Positions 8,570-15,602 of a stretch of 35,785 nt of DNA are shown here, piece after piece. How positions within the stretch are numbered: position 1 is the first letter of the stretch; each line of letters starts with the position of its first letter. Under the pieces are notes generated by a model. The model did no database searches, was not told the DNA's origin, and worked only from the letters and a program-made list of their open reading frames with translations. The translations under genes were made by a program, and so were the position numbers. Source of the stretch: a bacterium. Lineage in GTDB: Bacteria; Chloroflexota; Anaerolineae; Anaerolineales; Villigracilaceae. Location: NCBI GenBank assembly GCA_036169755.1, contig JAVHNW010000280.1:1-35785 (forward strand), read 5' to 3'.

Positions 8570-8630
8570 TTTGCCGGTTGGCCTGGCGCTGGCTGCTCAA
8601 AAATCCTTTTTTTACCGGAAGAGAGACAGA

Positions 8631-9749
8631 ATGAAAAAAAATATCGCATTCGCCCTGACCGCGCTCTTTATGGCCGCCCTGGCCTGCGGCGCGCCGACAG
8701 AACTGCCGGGAGTGGTGACAGCGCCGCCGCCGACAAATTCCAGCGCGGGGCTGCCCGGCGGCCCGCTGGCAATTGATGTCGGTTTTGGCTATGCCGGGCC
8801 ATTTTATGACGTTTATTTTACCGACCCATTTAATCGCGCGGCGCAAATGCAAGAGGGCGGGCCAGACACGGCGCTGGTGGCGGCAATTGACGCGGCGCGC
8901 CTTTCGGTGGATATGGCCGTCTACAGCCTGAGCCTGACCAGCGTGCGCGATGCGCTGACTCGCGCTCATCAGCGCGGCGTGCAGGTGCGTCTGGTGATGG
9001 AAAGCGATAATCTCGACCGCGATGTGCCCAATTCGCTGCTTGCAAATGGGATTGATATTCTTGGCGACCGGCGCGAAGGGCTGATGCACAATAAATTTGT
9101 CGTGATTGACCGCGCTGAAGTCTGGACCGGTTCGATGAATTTGACCACTTCGGGAACCTATGACGACAACAATAATTTGATTCGCATTCGCTCGACCAAA
9201 ATTGCGGAAAATTACACCACCGAATTTGAAGAAATGTACCTGCGCGACCTGTTCGGCCCAGACGCGCTGGCGGCCACACCCAACCCGGTAGTTACGGTGG
9301 ACGGAATCAGCGTGGAAACGCTCTTCTCGCCGGATGACAAACCCGCCCGCCGCATCGCCGAACTTTTGCGGGCGGCCACTTCCAGCATTTATTTCATGGC
9401 TTATTCCTTCACCGCCGATGAATTGGGCGCGATTTTGATTGATAAAGCCCGCAACGGCGTCACTGTCGCCGGGGTGATGGAGGAGGAGCAAATCAAATCC
9501 AACCAGGGCAGTACCGAATTTGACCCGTTCACCCAGGCGCGTATGGATGTTTACGCCGATGGCAATCTCGGATTGATGCATCACAAAGTCTTCATTTTGG
9601 ACCAGCAAATTGTTATTTTAGGCTCCTACAACTTCAGCCTGAGCGCGGAAAAACGCAATGATGAAAACCTGCTGATTATTTTTGACCCCAATTTGGCGGC
9701 GCAATATCTGGCCGAATTTCAACGGGTGTACGCGGAGGCCAAAAGATAA
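8631..9749 (+). CDS. Phospholipase D-like (two HKD motifs) putative lipoprotein
   Basis: Two HxK(x)4D motifs (HNKFVVIDRAEVWTGSMN and HHKVFILDQQIVILGSYN). N-terminal signal MKKNIAFALTALFMAALAC-G. ATG 8631 is preceded by GGAAGAGAG. The 8571 TTG start was rejected. Confidence 0.85.
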   Translation: MKKNIAFALTALFMAALACGAPTELPGVVTAPPPTNSSAGLPGGPLAIDVGFGYAGPFYDVYFTDPFNRAAQMQEGGPDTALVAAIDAARLSVDMAVYSLSLTSVRDALTRAHQRGVQVRLVMESDNLDRDVPNSLLANGIDILGDRREGLMHNKFVVIDRAEVWTGSMNLTTSGTYDDNNNLIRIRSTKIAENYTTEFEEMYLRDLFGPDALAATPNPVVTVDGISVETLFSPDDKPARRIAELLRAATSSIYFMAYSFTADELGAILIDKARNGVTVAGVMEEEQIKSNQGSTEFDPFTQARMDVYADGNLGLMHHKVFILDQQIVILGSYNFSLSAEKRNDENLLIIFDPNLAAQYLAEFQRVYAEAKR

Positions 9750-9757
9750 TTCCAAAA

Positions 9758-9787
9758 CAGGGCGGGCGACAAGCCGCCCTGTTTTTT
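9758..9787 (+). terminator. Intrinsic terminator after the PLD-like gene
   Basis: Stem CAGGGCGG / CCGCCCTG with an 8-nt loop, followed by T6. Confidence 0.8.
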
Positions 9788-9854
9788 CGTAACTTTTGGA
9801 TTAGCCGGGCGACAAGTAAAGTGAAAATCATCCAACGTGTTACCCGGAGGTTCA

Positions 9855-10661
9855 ATGAAACGCAACCCTACTTTTTTCCTGGTTCTGGCGCTCGGCGCGC
9901 TGTTCATTTCGGCGTGCGGCGCGGCTGCGCCAGCGCCGGCGGCAGACCCAACGCAGGCCATCAGCAATAACAGCGCGGATGTGTTTTTTTCCGGCAACAT
10001 CGAGGCCATTAATGGCGACCAGATGACCGTGGCCGGGCAAAGTTTCAGCATGGCGGCCAGCGGTGGCGCGCAAAATTTCCAGGTTGGGCAATATGTCCAG
10101 GTGCGGGCGACAGTTGACGCTCAGGGGCAGATTATGGCCCGCCAGGTGGAAGCGGTCAACGCGCCGAATCAGGCCCCCGAAGTAGCCAGCGCGCCGCAAG
10201 CCGCCGCCCCCGCTGAAAGCGGCCCCGCTCCGCTGGAGGCTGCGCCCACGCTTCAGCCAACTCCCAGCGCCGTAGTCGTCCCATTTGAATTTATCGGCGC
10301 GGTGGAAAGTATCATCGGGACGACCTACACTATCGGCGGAAAGATTTTTATCGCCAGCGACCAAACCATTTTCGACAGCCCGGTTTTACCCGGCGACACA
10401 GTCAACGTGCATTACCTGGTCAATCAGGACGGCAGCCTGAACATGCTCGAAATCAACCTGGCGGCGGCGCCGCTGGTCACCAGCGCAGGCAGCACCCCAA
10501 TCCCTGGCGGCACTTCCTTCGGCGCTGGCACAACGACCACGACGGGCGGCGGCACAACGACCACCAGCGGAGGCGCAACCACCGGCGGTGGCACAACCGG
10601 CGGCGGAAGCGGCTCATCCAACGATGACCACGACGACGACAACAAAAGCGACGACGATTAA
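9855..10661 (+). CDS. Secreted/lipoprotein with two DUF5666-like beta domains and a Gly/Thr-rich, acidic-His C-terminal tail
   Basis: SD GGAGG is 5 nt upstream of ATG 9855. Signal peptide with lipobox-like FISAC. Two repeats of the pattern G.IE.I.G...T(V/I)GG..F........F. The tail is TTTTTGGGTTTTSGGATTGGGTTGGGSGSSNDDHDDDNKSDDD. Confidence 0.8.
   Translation: MKRNPTFFLVLALGALFISACGAAAPAPAADPTQAISNNSADVFFSGNIEAINGDQMTVAGQSFSMAASGGAQNFQVGQYVQVRATVDAQGQIMARQVEAVNAPNQAPEVASAPQAAAPAESGPAPLEAAPTLQPTPSAVVVPFEFIGAVESIIGTTYTIGGKIFIASDQTIFDSPVLPGDTVNVHYLVNQDGSLNMLEINLAAAPLVTSAGSTPIPGGTSFGAGTTTTTGGGTTTTSGGATTGGGTTGGGSGSSNDDHDDDNKSDDD
10527..10574 (+). repeat. Imperfect 24-nt tandem duplication inside the Gly/Thr-rich tail coding region
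   Basis: GGCACAACGACCACGACGGGCGGC is followed by GGCACAACGACCACCAGCGGAGGC. The two match at 20 of 24 positions, and further degenerate copies follow. Confidence 0.6.
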
Positions 10662-10684
10662 TGTGAACTCTTCTTCTCTCCCCC

Positions 10685-10713
10685 TGCCCGCCCTGTATTT
10701 TCCAGGGCGGGCA
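10685..10713 (+). terminator. GC-rich hairpin after the DUF5666 gene (no U-tract)
   Basis: TGCCCGCCCTG-TATTTTC-CAGGGCGGGCA, an 11-bp perfect stem. It is followed by AAACATC, so it is not a canonical terminator. Confidence 0.4.
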
Positions 10714-10753
10714 AAACATCAAAAATCTCATGTATACTTACGGTCTGCCGGGT

Positions 10754-11335
10754 ATGTCTGACAACATTTTCTCACCCGCACTACGCTACATGGCTTCTTC
10801 CCTGACCCAGACAGACGAATTGGATGGATTACGTCGCCTCGATACACGCATCGTGGGCGCAATTTACGACCGCTATTTTCCTGAAGTTTTTCGCTTTGTG
10901 CGCTACCGCCTGAACGATGAACACCTGGCAGAAGATATTGCCAGCGATACCTTTGTTCGCCTGCTGGAAGCTACTCACAACGGACGCGGCCCCGAAAGCA
11001 ATCTGCGCGCCTGGCTGCTCTCCACCGCCTCGCACATCATCACCGACCATTTGCGGAAAGCCTATCGCCGTCCCACCGAAATGCTCTCCGATGAGCAGCC
11101 CGACACATTGGAAAACCTCGCCAGTACCGTGGAACAAAGAGAACGCGGCGCGCGCCTAAAAGCTGCGCTGCAAACGCTGACCGAGGAACAGCAAAACGTG
11201 ATTGCCTTGCGCTTTGGCCAGGGATATTCGCTCGAAGAAACGGCGCGCGCGCTCAAAAAAAACGCCAACGCCATTAAGCAACTCCAGTTCCGCGCTCTGG
11301 CAGCGCTCAATCGCCAGATGGGCGAAAAGCAATGA
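10754..11335 (+). CDS. ECF-type RNA polymerase sigma-70 family factor
   Basis: Region 2 (IYDRYFPEVFRFVRYRL..EHLAEDIASDTF) and region 4 (LTEEQQNVIALRFGQGYSLEETARALKKNANAIKQLQFRA). The start is uncertain, with in-frame ATGs at 10730, 10754 and 10790. ATG 10730 overlaps a TATACT -10-like hexamer at 10733-10738. Confidence 0.85.
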   Translation: MSDNIFSPALRYMASSLTQTDELDGLRRLDTRIVGAIYDRYFPEVFRFVRYRLNDEHLAEDIASDTFVRLLEATHNGRGPESNLRAWLLSTASHIITDHLRKAYRRPTEMLSDEQPDTLENLASTVEQRERGARLKAALQTLTEEQQNVIALRFGQGYSLEETARALKKNANAIKQLQFRALAALNRQMGEKQ

Positions 11336-12306
11336 ATAATCCCTTGTATGATGCTCTTGAAATTTGCATCACCGATTTGGAGCGCGGCGCAACGCTCGAC
11401 TCTTGCCTGGCGCAGTTTCCCGCGCTGGCCGGTGACTTGCAGCCTATTCTGGAAAGCGCCCAGCAGGCGCGCGCCTTTTCGCAAAACACACTGCCCACCG
11501 GCGCCTATCGCCGCGCGCGAACTCGTGTTTTACAGGCCGCCGCCGAATTACGCCAGCAAAAACCCGCGCCGCTGCCTTTTTGGAAGCGCGGCCCCAGCCC
11601 CGCGCGCCCCTTCCGGCTGGCTTTCACCGCCCTCGCCATGCTGATTTTTCTGCTCAGCGGTGGAACCGGCCTGGTTTCAGCCTCCTCCAACGCCCTGCCC
11701 GGCGACCATCTCTACCCGGTCAAACGCAGTTGGGAGGGCTTTCGCCTCTCGCTCACGTTCAACCCGCTGGAGCGCGAACATCTTGAACGTTCCTACGAAA
11801 AAGAGCGCGTCAGCGAAATTCATGAACTATTCACCAAAAAGCGCATGGAACAAGTTTATTTTCAGGCGATTGTCGAAAGCCAGGCCAGCGATTTTTGGGT
11901 GGTGGACGGTTTGAAAATTCGCATTGACCACGACGCCAAAATTGACGCCGCCATCACCATCGGCTCACTGGTGGAAATCAAAGGCGAAACCGATGACGGC
12001 ATTCTCAAAGCCGAAGAAATCCGGCTGATTGCCCCGCCCACGCCGCCCGCCGCGTATCCCAAACCGCAATCCGCCCCCAGCCGCGACATCCCCGCCAGCG
12101 AAACCATACGCCCAAGCGAAACCGCCACGCTGCCAGAGCAAACTCGCGTAGGCGACGACACCGCTCAGCCCGAAACCACCGAGCAGAAAAAAGATCAGCC
12201 AAAAACCGAGGAAACAGAAAAGACTCCCAGCCCCGAACACAGCGACGAACACTCCGAGGAAGGGGGCAGCCAGACCGCCACCCCAGCCCCCACCTCTCAC
12301 GATTAA
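11332..12306 (+). CDS. Single-pass membrane protein, probable anti-sigma factor (DUF5667-like + DUF5666-like extracytoplasmic domains, Pro/Thr/Glu-rich tail)
   Basis: Its ATG overlaps the sigma stop (ATGA). TM segment LAFTALAMLIFLLSGGTGLVSA. A LPGDHLYPVKRSWEGFRLSL motif is followed by a beta domain resembling the upstream lipoprotein (FWVVDGLKIRIDHDAKID..GSLVEIKGE). Confidence 0.75.
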   Translation: MNNPLYDALEICITDLERGATLDSCLAQFPALAGDLQPILESAQQARAFSQNTLPTGAYRRARTRVLQAAAELRQQKPAPLPFWKRGPSPARPFRLAFTALAMLIFLLSGGTGLVSASSNALPGDHLYPVKRSWEGFRLSLTFNPLEREHLERSYEKERVSEIHELFTKKRMEQVYFQAIVESQASDFWVVDGLKIRIDHDAKIDAAITIGSLVEIKGETDDGILKAEEIRLIAPPTPPAAYPKPQSAPSRDIPASETIRPSETATLPEQTRVGDDTAQPETTEQKKDQPKTEETEKTPSPEHSDEHSEEGGSQTATPAPTSHD

Positions 12307-12368
12307 CCTGGCAGCCAAACACCTGTTCTACAACTTGCATTTTCATATAAAACAAGGTACATTCAAAA

Positions 12369-12403
12369 ACGTAAAACGCGCGGCGTTTTACGTTTTTATT
12401 TTT
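12369..12403 (+). terminator. Intrinsic terminator after the anti-sigma gene
   Basis: ACGTAAAACGC-GCG-GCGTTTTACGT, followed by TTTTATTTTT. Confidence 0.8.
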
Positions 12404-12417
12404 CTGCGGAGCGAGCC

Positions 12418-14967
12418 ATGAACAACACTTTTTACCTTGGACGCCTGAATGACCTCAGCGGCGCCCCGCTCAAGTATGACCCCGCCGATTTAACCACGCA
12501 CGCTGTCGTCACCGGCATGACCGGCAGCGGAAAAACCGGGCTGTGCCTGGCGCTGATGGAAGAAGCCGCCCTGCAGGGCATTCCCGCCATTTTGATTGAC
12601 CCCAAAGGCGACCTGACCAACCTGCTCTTGCATTTTCCCAACCTGGCCCCGCAAGATTTCGCTCCCTGGTTGGACGCCGACAGCCTGCGCCGCCAGGGAA
12701 AAAGCCTGGAACAGGCCTCCCAGGAAGTTGCCGCCCAATGGCGGGAGGGCCTGACGCAGTGGGACATCGCCCCAGAGCGGATCCGCGCCCTGCAGGATGC
12801 GGCCCAATTTGGCGTTTTCACCCCCGGCTCAGACGCCGGGCTGCAAATCAGCGTACTCTCCTCACTCGAAGCGCCCGACCTGCCCTGGGAAGGCAACCGC
12901 GAAATTCTACGCGAACAAATCTCAAGTTCCACCATCGCCCTGCTGAGCCTGGTCGGCTACACCAACATTGACCCGCTGCGCTCACGCGAGCATATTCTGC
13001 TCGCCAACATCTTCGAGGCCGCCTGGAGCAAAAACACCCCGCTCGACCTGACGGAACTCATCCTGCAAGTGCAAAACCCGCCCTTCGACAAACTCGGCGC
13101 CTTTCCGCTCGAAACCTTTTTTCCCGCCAAAGCGCGCGCCGAACTAGCCATCACCCTCAACAACATTCTGGCCTCGCCCGCCTTCCAAAGTTGGCGCGAA
13201 GGCCAGCCCATGCACATTCCCAGCCTGCTTTTCACCCCCGAAGGAAAACCGCGTCACAGCGTTTTCTACCTGGCGCACCTCAGCGAAGGTGAGCGCATGT
13301 TCTTCGTCACCTTGCTGCTCTCGGCCTACGAAACCTGGATGCGCAGCCAAACCGGCTCCACCTCGCTGCGCGCCCTGCTCTACTTTGACGAACTCTTCGG
13401 CTACCTGCCGCCCAGCCTCAACCCGCCCAGCAAAATTCCGCTGCTGCGCATGCTCAAACAGGCACGCGCCTTCGGCATCGGGCTGGTCCTCGCCACGCAA
13501 AACCCGGTGGACGTGGATTACAAGGCGCTTTCCAACGCCGGAACCTGGTTCATTGGCAAACTGCAAACCGAGCGCGACAAGGAACGCCTGCTCGAAGGGC
13601 TGCAGGGTGCAAGCGCCAGCCTCGACCGGGACGCCTACGGGAAAATCATTTCGGCCCTGGGTAAACGTGTTTTTCTGCTGCACAACATTCACCAGCCCCA
13701 ACCGCAAATTTTTCAGACGCGCTGGACGATGAATTTTCTGGCCGGGCCGCTGACCCGCGCTCAAATTCCCGCCGTCAATCGCCTCGGCGGCGCGGGGAAA
13801 AAGGAAAACGCGCCAGCCGAGTTAATGGCTTTCGGCCTGGATTCCGCGCCCGAAGCAGCCTCCACGCCCCAGCCAGATTTCTCCCACTTCCAGCCGCTTT
13901 CCGTTGGCGAGGCGGATGCTCCGCTGACAGCCGCCGAACCGCCCCGCGCCATTCCCCACCCGTCCGCCGATTTGCCAGGCAGCGTCACCCGCCCGGCCAT
14001 TCCCAGCGGCGTGGATGAGTTTTTTCAACCGGTGAGGCTTTCCATCAGCGAGGCCTTTCGCGCCGCCGGAGAAGCCGCCCCGGTGGATGCGCGGCTGGAA
14101 GCGATGCTCTACCGCCCGGCGCTGCTGGCCGCCGCGCGTGTACGCCTGCTCGACCGGCGCTACAATCTCGAAAGTGAACTGCCACGCATCGCCCTGGCGC
14201 AGGAAATTGACCGGCGCGGAATCGTGCGCTGGGAAGACTGCCCCTACGATGGCCCCGACTTAAAAACGCTGGAGCGCCAGCCCGCGCCGCAAGCGCGCTA
14301 CGCCTCGCCCGATGCCGCCCTGCTGGACGCCAGGCTGCTGACCACCCTGCAAAAAGATTTCGCCGATTGGGTCTACCGCGCCACCAGCATCAGCGTGCGC
14401 GCCAATGACACGCTCAAATTGTACGCCGGGCCCGAAACCAGCGCCGCCGAGTTCCGCACCGCCTGCGCCAACGCCGCCCGCGAGGCCCGTGACCGTGAAA
14501 TTCTCAAAAGCGGCGCGGTCATCGAAACACAAATCGCCCGGCTGCAAGACAAACTTTCACGCGAAGAGCGTGAACTACGCCAAGACGAGGATGAATATCA
14601 AAACCGCAAATGGGAAGAAAACGCCACCCACGCGGAAAATGTGTTCGGCATGTTCAGCGGCAAAAGCGCCACCCGCCGGGTATCCTCCTCGCTGACCAAA
14701 CGCCGCCTGAGCGAACAGGCCAAAGCCGATGTGCAGGAAAGCAAAGACGCCCTGGAGCAGTTCGCCGCGCAAATTGACGACCTGGAGCGCCGCCGCGAGA
14801 CGCTCAGCGCAGAAATTAACGCCCGTTGGGCGCAAATCGCCAATCAACTGCGCGAAATCAACCTCACACCCAAAAAATCAGATGTCTTTCTGGAGCATTT
14901 CGGCGTGTTGTGGCTGCCGTTTTATCTCATTCGCGCGGGCGGCGAATTGTACGAACTGCCGGCCTAA
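12418..14967 (+). CDS. HerA/FtsK-superfamily P-loop ATPase (DUF87/DUF853-like N-terminal half) fused to an uncharacterised coiled-coil C-terminal half
   Basis: 849 aa. Walker A VVTGMTGSGKTG (aa ~31-42), Walker B ALLYFDELFGY (aa ~319-329) and GLVLATQNPVDVD typical of the HerA/FtsK clade. A Pro/Ala-rich linker spans aa ~455-540. A charged heptad-like region spans aa ~690-810. Confidence 0.85.
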   Translation: MNNTFYLGRLNDLSGAPLKYDPADLTTHAVVTGMTGSGKTGLCLALMEEAALQGIPAILIDPKGDLTNLLLHFPNLAPQDFAPWLDADSLRRQGKSLEQASQEVAAQWREGLTQWDIAPERIRALQDAAQFGVFTPGSDAGLQISVLSSLEAPDLPWEGNREILREQISSSTIALLSLVGYTNIDPLRSREHILLANIFEAAWSKNTPLDLTELILQVQNPPFDKLGAFPLETFFPAKARAELAITLNNILASPAFQSWREGQPMHIPSLLFTPEGKPRHSVFYLAHLSEGERMFFVTLLLSAYETWMRSQTGSTSLRALLYFDELFGYLPPSLNPPSKIPLLRMLKQARAFGIGLVLATQNPVDVDYKALSNAGTWFIGKLQTERDKERLLEGLQGASASLDRDAYGKIISALGKRVFLLHNIHQPQPQIFQTRWTMNFLAGPLTRAQIPAVNRLGGAGKKENAPAELMAFGLDSAPEAASTPQPDFSHFQPLSVGEADAPLTAAEPPRAIPHPSADLPGSVTRPAIPSGVDEFFQPVRLSISEAFRAAGEAAPVDARLEAMLYRPALLAAARVRLLDRRYNLESELPRIALAQEIDRRGIVRWEDCPYDGPDLKTLERQPAPQARYASPDAALLDARLLTTLQKDFADWVYRATSISVRANDTLKLYAGPETSAAEFRTACANAAREARDREILKSGAVIETQIARLQDKLSREERELRQDEDEYQNRKWEENATHAENVFGMFSGKSATRRVSSSLTKRRLSEQAKADVQESKDALEQFAAQIDDLERRRETLSAEINARWAQIANQLREINLTPKKSDVFLEHFGVLWLPFYLIRAGGELYELPA

Positions 14968-15005
14968 GTTTCAGCGGCGCAAATCAATCGCCCCAAAAGG
15001 TACCC

Positions 15006-15602
15006 ATGAATATCGGAGTCAGTTTTCTGCTGGTCGCGTCCATCGCCTGGGGCTTCGTCCATTCGGCGCTGGCCTCGCATGGATTCAAAGCCTGGGCGCG
15101 CCGCCTGGCGGGCGAGGACGCCTTTCGGCGGCTGTATCGTTTTTCGTACAACCTGTTTTCGGTCGCCAGTTTTTTCCCTATTTTGGCGGCGCTGTCGGTG
15201 CTGCCAGACCAGACGCTTTACACCATCCCCGCGCCGTGGATTTATCTCACCAGCGTTTTGCAGGGGCTGGCAGCGATGGCGCTCATCGCCAGTGTGATGC
15301 AAACCGACCCCTGGGCCTTCGCCGGGCTGAAGCAGCTCGGCGGCGGGCAGGAATCGGCGGCGCTGGTCACCAGCGGGCTGTACGCCTGGGTACGCCACCC
15401 ACTCTACAGCGCGGGACTGGTTTTCATCTGGCTGACGCCGCAAATGACGGTCAACCGCCTGACCCTGTGGAGTATTTTATCGGCGTACATTTTGATTGGC
15501 GCCTGGTTTGAAGAACGCAAACTGCGCCGCGATTTCGGCGATTCCTACGCGCAATATCAGGCCCAAACGCCCATGTTAATTCCTTTTTTTAGGAAAAAAT
15601 GA
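15006..15602 (+). CDS. Membrane methyltransferase of the ICMT/PEMT (isoprenylcysteine carboxyl methyltransferase-like) family
   Basis: ATG at 15006. Multi-TM, with C-terminal motif LVTSGLYAWVRHPLYSAGLVFIW....EERKLRRDFGDSYAQY. The longer 14826 start overlaps the ATPase gene and was rejected. Confidence 0.8.
   Translation: MNIGVSFLLVASIAWGFVHSALASHGFKAWARRLAGEDAFRRLYRFSYNLFSVASFFPILAALSVLPDQTLYTIPAPWIYLTSVLQGLAAMALIASVMQTDPWAFAGLKQLGGGQESAALVTSGLYAWVRHPLYSAGLVFIWLTPQMTVNRLTLWSILSAYILIGAWFEERKLRRDFGDSYAQYQAQTPMLIPFFRKK

Noticed and set aside
8529-9608. 359-aa minus-strand ORF antisense to the PLD-like gene. Similar long antisense ORFs occur at 2960-3676, 3818-4564, 5164-5853, 13144-13764, 18860-19753 and 23234-24163.
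   Set aside because: Their translations are low-complexity and rich in Arg, Gly, Ala and His, with no recognisable motifs. Each fully overlaps a gene that has strong family motifs on the other strand. Long open antisense frames are expected in GC-rich coding DNA.
8631-9749. The PLD-like protein as a possible Nuc-type defence nuclease.
   Set aside because: It has a lipoprotein-type signal peptide, so it is probably extracytoplasmic. It has no partner genes and sits next to murJ in an envelope context. A phospholipid or polymer-modifying role is more plausible.
12335-12403. TTGCAT, 17 nt, TACATT promoter-like element immediately upstream of the 12369-12403 terminator hairpin. It could be a tiny sRNA or an attenuator for the ATPase gene.
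   Set aside because: The predicted +1 would fall at the first base of the terminator stem, giving a ~30-nt product. The hairpin is more simply the terminator of the anti-sigma gene. The AT-rich match may be fortuitous, and I cannot support an RNA gene.
12418-14967. The HerA-like ATPase as part of a known HerA-based defence system (NurA, Sir2 or DUF4297 partner).
   Set aside because: No candidate effector ORF lies on either side. The neighbours are an ECF module, separated by a terminator, and envelope enzymes. I kept it as a finding only for its uncharacterised fused C-terminal half.
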